DNA of 43,517 nt, taken from assembly GCA_000004985.1 (NCBI GenBank), contig GG738958.1; one strand, written 5' to 3'. The position numbers were made by a program, and so were the translations under genes. Below are positions 8,870 through 18,400 of the stretch, piece after piece (within the stretch, counting starts at the first letter, position 1; every line of letters begins with the position of its first letter). The notes under the pieces are model-generated. The model searched no databases, had not been told where the DNA came from, and saw only the letters and a program-made list of their open reading frames with translations. The stretch is from Naegleria gruberi. Lineage: Eukaryota.

Positions 8870-10035
8870 GGAATCTTTTTGGTATTTTATTTGATCACGT
8901 AATTTGAGATTTTTGCTTCTGAACCTGTAAACAAGTCAGCAAGGAGCACCACTTTCTATCAAGAAATTTCCAACAGAAAGAGTTGTATAGTTGACAGATA
9001 TCAAAATTAAGGCACCTGACATGTGTCATGAGAGGAAGATAAGGTTGAATAAAAACGAAACATGTTAAATTTAGTTTATTTCTTTTTTGTTTATTTCTCG
9101 TAGAAGCTCTTCGTTGCAGACCTCTATTTTCTCCATTACTCTTCATTAAATAGGCAATCCACATTTTCCAAAAACACTTTTATCATGTAAAAAAGGAGAA
9201 TTCATTTATAGACTTTACAGTCGAAATTTACCATTTGTTGATTTGTAATTATTCGAAAATGATCTATTTCAGAAATGATGAGTATCCTATTTAACTTTGT
9301 TATATTTCACTGAATAGTTTTTCAGAAAAAGTTTTCCACTATCACTCACTACATGTGTTGAAACACATTGTTGAACAAAGTTCTGAGTTATTTTTAATAC
9401 TCTTCAATTCCACATATAATTATTACTGCTTTCATTTACAATTATCGCACATTAAAATTGTGTTTGTTGATGAATTGATGTAAATTCTTGCCAGTTTTGA
9501 TGTGACAGACTGATTCGGTCTGGTTGACAATACATGTACTCACTACTAGCTGTTGATTGTTGATCCTCTAGATTCAATCTATTTGATTGTGGTATTAAAA
9601 TGTTACATGGCCACACCTTTTTTTGACACACATGTACATGTAGCTGTTGTGTGCATGTTCAGCAATTTAACAATTATGATAACAATTGAAGCATGCTATA
9701 TCTCTTTCGAAACCACCACTATTAACTTTCTTCTAACAACATTATTCCGGTGCTACATGTAAGCACACATGGTAAGCATGTTGTTATTTCTTTTTTGTTT
9801 GAACGTATTGGAAGTCTACATGTTGTAACCTCCACACACTTGTTAATATTTCAATTTCACCAAAAGCAGTGAAATGACTCATTTTAAGCAGGCAAATTGC
9901 TTTTAAACGATCTAATGAATTTGTAACAGTGGTTTTTTCAAGATTAGTTTGCCTAAATCTGCATTCTTCGCGTAATTGACTAGCCGAAAGTGATGGATTA
10001 ATGAGAGAAAATTTACAAATCTCCAACTTGCAGAT

Positions 10036-10479
10036 TTATTGAAAGCAATTTCTTTTTTGCCCTTCTTGTTGGTGAATGAGTGCACAACACAATTGTAGAA
10101 GGAATTGGTTCATTTCTTGTTGGTTGTGGATGGTGTTTATAATTTCGTCTGGTTGTGGATCATTTCGAATGGTTTCAGATACTGGTGGATTTGGTTCATG
10201 GTGATGAGTTGATTGGACGTTAGTGACCATTGAGTGTTTAGTCACAATTACTTGCTCATTTTCTAATGGTGTGTTTTCAATTCGAAAGACAACAGTTTCG
10301 TCCTTTTCAGGGTTCAAAACAAAGTAATTCTTTAATAAATCATGATTACACAACTGTTTTCTCAATTCATGTTTGGCAGATATCTTTTCCTTCTTCTTAT
10401 GTATTCTATTCAATGTTTTACAAGTTTCGTCCATAAACTTTATAACTTTCTCCTTCTTTCTAATATTCGAATTATTCAT
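10036..10479 (-). CDS. Member D of tandem small-protein family, 147 aa, function unknown
   Basis: Complete ORF MNNSNIRKKEKVIKFMDETCKTLNRIHKKKEKISAKHELRKQLCNHDLLKNYFVLNPEKDETVVFRIENTPLENEQVIVTKH...QQEMNQFLLQLCCALIHQQEGQKRNCFQ. AATAAA (tttatt at 10035-10040 on +) overlaps the stop. Its 3' flank is alignable with those of members B and C (agatttattgaaa..atttctgttttgtccttg). Confidence 0.65.
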   Translation of the reverse strand: MNNSNIRKKEKVIKFMDETCKTLNRIHKKKEKISAKHELRKQLCNHDLLKNYFVLNPEKDETVVFRIENTPLENEQVIVTKHSMVTNVQSTHHHEPNPPVSETIRNDPQPDEIINTIHNQQEMNQFLLQLCCALIHQQEGQKRNCFQ

Positions 10480-10874
10480 CTCTTTGAGCTTTTTTTATTT
10501 TAATCTGTAGAGACCTGTCATCAGTTACAAGATCTCGTGTATGTAAGTGAAGCATGAACAATTATAATTTGTAACTTCTAATCTGAGAATTTGAGATTTT
10601 TGAGTTGCATTTGGCAATTAATTTTGTCCTTTTCAGAACACATACATCAAATTGAAGTGTTTGACATGTGTGAGGGTAAGTGTATGTATACAATGAAGTG
10701 TTTGACATGAGTTCGTTTGTGGTACCATGACTTTATTCGAAACTAAAGTTAATTTTCATTGTTCTATTCAAGACCATTAAAATTCCAATTTTGATTCTTG
10801 TTTATTAACCAGTTTTTCAAATTATTATTCAAGGTTCAGCACATCAGTACAATAGAAAGGAGACGAAAGTTTTT

Positions 10875-11279
10875 TCAGTTTAATAATTCTTTTATTGATA
10901 TTGAAGTTCTTACCACTCGTGTATGGTTTCTATTAAAATTTGACTTATTCATTAATTGTGAGCTATTTTGATTAGTTTGCAATGTTTCAGGTTTAGTTTC
11001 TAATACTTTCTTTTCTTTTTTTCGTTTTGGAGGTTTCTTTGTTATTCCCTTCTTGTTGCTGACCTTCCACTTTTCAAGAGTCTCAGTCTTGGTCACTATC
11101 ATTCTATTAGAAGAATAATTATTAGACGAATCCCCTTTCTTTGGTCTTCCTCTCCCTCTTTTCATTATTTCTTCTCCGCCATTACTGTCCTTTCGTGGTG
11201 GCGAGAATTCCACCATAGAGAATGTGTGATAATTATTAATCTTGTAGGAAGATGTAGATGCTGTATTGATTAGTGTCAT
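10875..11279 (-). CDS. Small basic ORF with one canonical AT-hook (KRGRGRPKKG), 134 aa; possible HMGA-like DNA-binding protein embedded in the paralog array
   Basis: ATG (cat at 11277-11279) to TGA (tca at 10875-10877). Contains RGRP flanked by K/R (AT-hook core) and a second basic stretch KKPPKRKKEKK; the rest is S/N/T-rich low complexity. There is no paralog in the window. It could be a chance ORF in AT-rich DNA, so confidence is low. Confidence 0.35.
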   Translation of the reverse strand: MTLINTASTSSYKINNYHTFSMVEFSPPRKDSNGGEEIMKRGRGRPKKGDSSNNYSSNRMIVTKTETLEKWKVSNKKGITKKPPKRKKEKKVLETKPETLQTNQNSSQLMNKSNFNRNHTRVVRTSISIKELLN

Positions 11280-11636
11280 TTTTGTTTTTTGAAAAGAAAA
11301 TTACATGAAACACGTTTTCATTAAAAAGGCAATCCATAAAGTCTCTTTTTAATGGGGGAGATTCATGTCCACTTTAAGATATCAACACATTCTTTGAAAT
11401 GCTTTCTCGAAGGAGCAATTCATGTAATGCAGCTGTTTACTGCCGTTACATTACAATACGATTGAAAAGGCAAGTAAGTGTTCCAAAAACAGTTGGAAAT
11501 GAAATCTAAATGGAGTGTTTCAAAGGAGATGATAGCTCTTGGCCGGATTGGTATTTTCATGCCTATGGTTAAAAATCTGGTTTGAGAAATTGAGTGGGTG
11601 GAAACTTAGTTTCGAATAATTGTTTATTGGTGAATG

Positions 11637-12083
11637 TTAGTATTCTTGTTGGTATTGTAAGAGTAAGCTGTACAGTTGAAGGAGAAAGATCATTTCTTGT
11701 TGATAGGTAGAATTATCCATTTGTTGATTTGTATTCGAAACTGTGAAATGCTGATGATCCACAGCATGTGTATTCATTTCATCTTGTCTATTTTCTTGAT
11801 TTCTCTCCTCAATTCTATTCGATTCTCCAACTAGTCTAACATGTTGAGTTACCACACTATTTCCGATTTTAAACTCTTTATCTATTCGAAAGGTTGTCAA
11901 TTGATCCTTCCTATTATCAAAAACAAAGTAATTCTTTAAAATTTCATCATTCTGTAATTGCTTTCTCAATCCTGGATATTTACTTTTTGGTTTCCTCTTG
12001 ATAATCTTGTCTGTGGTCTTTACTGTTTCGTCTATTATCGAAAATTGTTTCGAACCTTTCTTCTGGTTTTGACCACTTGGCAT
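11637..12083 (-). CDS. Member E of tandem small-protein family (more divergent), 148 aa, function unknown
   Basis: Complete ORF MPSGQNQKKGSKQFSIIDETVKTTDKIIKRKPKSKYPGLRKQLQNDEILKNYFVFDNRKDQLTTFRIDKEF...QQEMIFLLQLYSLLLQYQQEY. It retains the IDET..KT...I.K, LRKQL.ND..LKNYFV, FRID and C-terminal FLLQL blocks, but CC is replaced by YS. AATAAA (tttatt at 11623-11628 on +) lies 9 nt past the stop. Confidence 0.6.
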   Translation of the reverse strand: MPSGQNQKKGSKQFSIIDETVKTTDKIIKRKPKSKYPGLRKQLQNDEILKNYFVFDNRKDQLTTFRIDKEFKIGNSVVTQHVRLVGESNRIEERNQENRQDEMNTHAVDHQHFTVSNTNQQMDNSTYQQEMIFLLQLYSLLLQYQQEY

Positions 12084-12484
12084 TGTTGTTTAATTTTTTA
12101 TTGAATTACATCTCCTCACAGCGCTTTAGCTGAGGATTAGTTTCGTGGAAATGTAATGCAGACCGAAACTATGAAACCTCAAATTTGGTCATTGATTTCC
12201 TAACTGTTATGAAATTGTAAAGATTAGTTTTAATCTTACCCGTTTCTCTTGAGGATATTGCCTTTAAAAGTCGTTATAATGCACTTTTGTTCTATATGGA
12301 GTCCACATTGTTTTCAATCTTTCGAATATAGACTGTTCAGCATGATGAAATAGAAGTGTTTCATAAACATTTAGCTGACTAATCTTCAGCTAATCTTCAG
12401 CATGCTGTGATTCTTGTTGGTTGTGGTGTAATTGAATGCAATGGAATCCACAGCTGATTGTATCTAGCAGCTCTATTATCCGTC

Positions 12485-15400
12485 NNNNNNNNNNNNNNNN
12501 NNNNNNNNNNNNNNNNNNNNNNNNNNNNNNNNNNNNNNNNNNNNNNNNNNNNNNNNNNNNNNNNNNNNNNNNNNNNNNNNNNNNNNNNNNNNNNNNNNNN
12601 NNNNNNNNNNNNNNNNNNNNNNNNNNNNNNNNNNNNNNNNNNNNNNNNNNNNNNNNNNNNNNNNNNNNNNNNNNNNNNNNNNNNNNNNNNNNNNNNNNNN
12701 NNNNNNNNNNNNNNNNNNNNNNNNNNNNNNNNNNNNNNNNNNNNNNNNNNNNNNNNNNNNNNNNNNNNNNNNNNNNNNNNNNNNNNNNNNNNNNNNNNNN
12801 NNNNNNNNNNNNNNNNNNNNNNNNNNNNNNNNNNNNNNNNNNNNNNNNNNNNNNNNNNNNNNNNNNNNNNNNNNNNNNNNNNNNNNNNNNNNNNNNNNNN
12901 NNNNNNNNNNNNNNNNNNNNNNNNNNNNNNNNNNNNNNNNNNNNNNNNNNNNNNNNNNNNNNNNNNNNNNNNNNNNNNNNNNNNNNNNNNNNNNNNNNNN
13001 NNNNNNNNNNNNNNNNNNNNNNNNNNNNNNNNNNNNNNNNNNNNNNNNNNNNNNNNNNNNNNNNNNNNNNNNNNNNNNNNNNNNNNNNNNNNNNNNNNNN
13101 NNNNNNNNNNNNNNNNNNNNNNNNNNNNNNNNNNNNNNNNNNNNNNNNNNNNNNNNNNNNNNNNNNNNNNNNNNNNNNNNNNNNNNNNNNNNNNNNNNNN
13201 NNNNNNNNNNNNNNNNNNNNNNNNNNNNNNNNNNNNNNNNNNNNNNNNNNNNNNNNNNNNNNNNNNNNNNNNNNNNNNNNNNNNNNNNNNNNNNNNNNNN
13301 NNNNNNNNNNNNNNNNNNNNNNNNNNNNNNNNNNNNNNNNNNNNNNNNNNNNNNNNNNNNNNNNNNNNNNNNNNNNNNNNNNNNNNNNNNNNNNNNNNNN
13401 NNNNNNNNNNNNNNNNNNNNNNNNNNNNNNNNNNNNNNNNNNNNNNNNNNNNNNNNNNNNNNNNNNNNNNNNNNNNNNNNNNNNNNNNNNNNNNNNNNNN
13501 NNNNNNNNNNNNNNNNNNNNNNNNNNNNNNNNNNNNNNNNNNNNNNNNNNNNNNNNNNNNNNNNNNNNNNNNNNNNNNNNNNNNNNNNNNNNNNNNNNNN
13601 NNNNNNNNNNNNNNNNNNNNNNNNNNNNNNNNNNNNNNNNNNNNNNNNNNNNNNNNNNNNNNNNNNNNNNNNNNNNNNNNNNNNNNNNNNNNNNNNNNNN
13701 NNNNNNNNNNNNNNNNNNNNNNNNNNNNNNNNNNNNNNNNNNNNNNNNNNNNNNNNNNNNNNNNNNNNNNNNNNNNNNNNNNNNNNNNNNNNNNNNNNNN
13801 NNNNNNNNNNNNNNNNNNNNNNNNNNNNNNNNNNNNNNNNNNNNNNNNNNNNNNNNNNNNNNNNNNNNNNNNNNNNNNNNNNNNNNNNNNNNNNNNNNNN
13901 NNNNNNNNNNNNNNNNNNNNNNNNNNNNNNNNNNNNNNNNNNNNNNNNNNNNNNNNNNNNNNNNNNNNNNNNNNNNNNNNNNNNNNNNNNNNNNNNNNNN
14001 NNNNNNNNNNNNNNNNNNNNNNNNNNNNNNNNNNNNNNNNNNNNNNNNNNNNNNNNNNNNNNNNNNNNNNNNNNNNNNNNNNNNNNNNNNNNNNNNNNNN
14101 NNNNNNNNNNNNNNNNNNNNNNNNNNNNNNNNNNNNNNNNNNNNNNNNNNNNNNNNNNNNNNNNNNNNNNNNNNNNNNNNNNNNNNNNNNNNNNNNNNNN
14201 NNNNNNNNNNNNNNNNNNNNNNNNNNNNNNNNNNNNNNNNNNNNNNNNNNNNNNNNNNNNNNNNNNNNNNNNNNNNNNNNNNNNNNNNNNNNNNNNNNNN
14301 NNNNNNNNNNNNNNNNNNNNNNNNNNNNNNNNNNNNNNNNNNNNNNNNNNNNNNNNNNNNNNNNNNNNNNNNNNNNNNNNNNNNNNNNNNNNNNNNNNNN
14401 NNNNNNNNNNNNNNNNNNNNNNNNNNNNNNNNNNNNNNNNNNNNNNNNNNNNNNNNNNNNNNNNNNNNNNNNNNNNNNNNNNNNNNNNNNNNNNNNNNNN
14501 NNNNNNNNNNNNNNNNNNNNNNNNNNNNNNNNNNNNNNNNNNNNNNNNNNNNNNNNNNNNNNNNNNNNNNNNNNNNNNNNNNNNNNNNNNNNNNNNNNNN
14601 NNNNNNNNNNNNNNNNNNNNNNNNNNNNNNNNNNNNNNNNNNNNNNNNNNNNNNNNNNNNNNNNNNNNNNNNNNNNNNNNNNNNNNNNNNNNNNNNNNNN
14701 NNNNNNNNNNNNNNNNNNNNNNNNNNNNNNNNNNNNNNNNNNNNNNNNNNNNNNNNNNNNNNNNNNNNNNNNNNNNNNNNNNNNNNNNNNNNNNNNNNNN
14801 NNNNNNNNNNNNNNNNNNNNNNNNNNNNNNNNNNNNNNNNNNNNNNNNNNNNNNNNNNNNNNNNNNNNNNNNNNNNNNNNNNNNNNNNNNNNNNNNNNNN
14901 NNNNNNNNNNNNNNNNNNNNNNNNNNNNNNNNNNNNNNNNNNNNNNNNNNNNNNNNNNNNNNNNNNNNNNNNNNNNNNNNNNNNNNNNNNNNNNNNNNNN
15001 NNNNNNNNNNNNNNNNNNNNNNNNNNNNNNNNNNNNNNNNNNNNNNNNNNNNNNNNNNNNNNNNNNNNNNNNNNNNNNNNNNNNNNNNNNNNNNNNNNNN
15101 NNNNNNNNNNNNNNNNNNNNNNNNNNNNNNNNNNNNNNNNNNNNNNNNNNNNNNNNNNNNNNNNNNNNNNNNNNNNNNNNNNNNNNNNNNNNNNNNNNNN
15201 NNNNNNNNNNNNNNNNNNNNNNNNNNNNNNNNNNNNNNNNNNNNNNNNNNNNNNNNNNNNNNNNNNNNNNNNNNNNNNNNNNNNNNNNNNNNNNNNNNNN
15301 NNNNNNNNNNNNNNNNNNNNNNNNNNNNNNNNNNNNNNNNNNNNNNNNNNNNNNNNNNNNNNNNNNNNNNNNNNNNNNNNNNNNNNNNNNNNNNNNNNNN

Positions 15401-18400
15401 NNNNNNNNNNNNNNNNNNNNNNNNNNNNNNNNNNNNNNNNNNNNNNNNNNNNNNNNNNNNNNNNNNNNNNNNNNNNNNNNNNNNNNNNNNNNNNNNNNNN
15501 NNNNNNNNNNNNNNNNNNNNNNNNNNNNNNNNNNNNNNNNNNNNNNNNNNNNNNNNNNNNNNNNNNNNNNNNNNNNNNNNNNNNNNNNNNNNNNNNNNNN
15601 NNNNNNNNNNNNNNNNNNNNNNNNNNNNNNNNNNNNNNNNNNNNNNNNNNNNNNNNNNNNNNNNNNNNNNNNNNNNNNNNNNNNNNNNNNNNNNNNNNNN
15701 NNNNNNNNNNNNNNNNNNNNNNNNNNNNNNNNNNNNNNNNNNNNNNNNNNNNNNNNNNNNNNNNNNNNNNNNNNNNNNNNNNNNNNNNNNNNNNNNNNNN
15801 NNNNNNNNNNNNNNNNNNNNNNNNNNNNNNNNNNNNNNNNNNNNNNNNNNNNNNNNNNNNNNNNNNNNNNNNNNNNNNNNNNNNNNNNNNNNNNNNNNNN
15901 NNNNNNNNNNNNNNNNNNNNNNNNNNNNNNNNNNNNNNNNNNNNNNNNNNNNNNNNNNNNNNNNNNNNNNNNNNNNNNNNNNNNNNNNNNNNNNNNNNNN
16001 NNNNNNNNNNNNNNNNNNNNNNNNNNNNNNNNNNNNNNNNNNNNNNNNNNNNNNNNNNNNNNNNNNNNNNNNNNNNNNNNNNNNNNNNNNNNNNNNNNNN
16101 NNNNNNNNNNNNNNNNNNNNNNNNNNNNNNNNNNNNNNNNNNNNNNNNNNNNNNNNNNNNNNNNNNNNNNNNNNNNNNNNNNNNNNNNNNNNNNNNNNNN
16201 NNNNNNNNNNNNNNNNNNNNNNNNNNNNNNNNNNNNNNNNNNNNNNNNNNNNNNNNNNNNNNNNNNNNNNNNNNNNNNNNNNNNNNNNNNNNNNNNNNNN
16301 NNNNNNNNNNNNNNNNNNNNNNNNNNNNNNNNNNNNNNNNNNNNNNNNNNNNNNNNNNNNNNNNNNNNNNNNNNNNNNNNNNNNNNNNNNNNNNNNNNNN
16401 NNNNNNNNNNNNNNNNNNNNNNNNNNNNNNNNNNNNNNNNNNNNNNNNNNNNNNNNNNNNNNNNNNNNNNNNNNNNNNNNNNNNNNNNNNNNNNNNNNNN
16501 NNNNNNNNNNNNNNNNNNNNNNNNNNNNNNNNNNNNNNNNNNNNNNNNNNNNNNNNNNNNNNNNNNNNNNNNNNNNNNNNNNNNNNNNNNNNNNNNNNNN
16601 NNNNNNNNNNNNNNNNNNNNNNNNNNNNNNNNNNNNNNNNNNNNNNNNNNNNNNNNNNNNNNNNNNNNNNNNNNNNNNNNNNNNNNNNNNNNNNNNNNNN
16701 NNNNNNNNNNNNNNNNNNNNNNNNNNNNNNNNNNNNNNNNNNNNNNNNNNNNNNNNNNNNNNNNNNNNNNNNNNNNNNNNNNNNNNNNNNNNNNNNNNNN
16801 NNNNNNNNNNNNNNNNNNNNNNNNNNNNNNNNNNNNNNNNNNNNNNNNNNNNNNNNNNNNNNNNNNNNNNNNNNNNNNNNNNNNNNNNNNNNNNNNNNNN
16901 NNNNNNNNNNNNNNNNNNNNNNNNNNNNNNNNNNNNNNNNNNNNNNNNNNNNNNNNNNNNNNNNNNNNNNNNNNNNNNNNNNNNNNNNNNNNNNNNNNNN
17001 NNNNNNNNNNNNNNNNNNNNNNNNNNNNNNNNNNNNNNNNNNNNNNNNNNNNNNNNNNNNNNNNNNNNNNNNNNNNNNNNNNNNNNNNNNNNNNNNNNNN
17101 NNNNNNNNNNNNNNNNNNNNNNNNNNNNNNNNNNNNNNNNNNNNNNNNNNNNNNNNNNNNNNNNNNNNNNNNNNNNNNNNNNNNNNNNNNNNNNNNNNNN
17201 NNNNNNNNNNNNNNNNNNNNNNNNNNNNNNNNNNNNNNNNNNNNNNNNNNNNNNNNNNNNNNNNNNNNNNNNNNNNNNNNNNNNNNNNNNNNNNNNNNNN
17301 NNNNNNNNNNNNNNNNNNNNNNNNNNNNNNNNNNNNNNNNNNNNNNNNNNNNNNNNNNNNNNNNNNNNNNNNNNNNNNNNNNNNNNNNNNNNNNNNNNNN
17401 NNNNNNNNNNNNNNNNNNNNNNNNNNNNNNNNNNNNNNNNNNNNNNNNNNNNNNNNNNNNNNNNNNNNNNNNNNNNNNNNNNNNNNNNNNNNNNNNNNNN
17501 NNNNNNNNNNNNNNNNNNNNNNNNNNNNNNNNNNNNNNNNNNNNNNNNNNNNNNNNNNNNNNNNNNNNNNNNNNNNNNNNNNNNNNNNNNNNNNNNNNNN
17601 NNNNNNNNNNNNNNNNNNNNNNNNNNNNNNNNNNNNNNNNNNNNNNNNNNNNNNNNNNNNNNNNNNNNNNNNNNNNNNNNNNNNNNNNNNNNNNNNNNNN
17701 NNNNNNNNNNNNNNNNNNNNNNNNNNNNNNNNNNNNNNNNNNNNNNNNNNNNNNNNNNNNNNNNNNNNNNNNNNNNNNNNNNNNNNNNNNNNNNNNNNNN
17801 NNNNNNNNNNNNNNNNNNNNNNNNNNNNNNNNNNNNNNNNNNNNNNNNNNNNNNNNNNNNNNNNNNNNNNNNNNNNNNNNNNNNNNNNNNNNNNNNNNNN
17901 NNNNNNNNNNNNNNNNNNNNNNNNNNNNNNNNNNNNNNNNNNNNNNNNNNNNNNNNNNNNNNNNNNNNNNNNNNNNNNNNNNNNNNNNNNNNNNNNNNNN
18001 NNNNNNNNNNNNNNNNNNNNNNNNNNNNNNNNNNNNNNNNNNNNNNNNNNNNNNNNNNNNNNNNNNNNNNNNNNNNNNNNNNNNNNNNNNNNNNNNNNNN
18101 NNNNNNNNNNNNNNNNNNNNNNNNNNNNNNNNNNNNNNNNNNNNNNNNNNNNNNNNNNNNNNNNNNNNNNNNNNNNNNNNNNNNNNNNNNNNNNNNNNNN
18201 NNNNNNNNNNNNNNNNNNNNNNNNNNNNNNNNNNNNNNNNNNNNNNNNNNNNNNNNNNNNNNNNNNNNNNNNNNNNNNNNNNNNNNNNNNNNNNNNNNNN
18301 NNNNNNNNNNNNNNNNNNNNNNNNNNNNNNNNNNNNNNNNNNNNNNNNNNNNNNNNNNNNNNNNNNNNNNNNNNNNNNNNNNNNNNNNNNNNNNNNNNNN

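Noticed and set aside
8895-10026. ORFs 8895..9164 (minus), 9553..9762 (+) and 9784..10026 (minus) in the 1.1-kb spacer between members C and D
   Set aside because: No conservation with other spacers, no motif, and short length. Treated as non-coding spacer.
12379-12400. Perfect 11-bp tandem duplication ctaatcttcag x2 just before the gap
   Set aside because: Too short to interpret; likely replication slippage in the spacer. Noted only because it sits at the gap edge.
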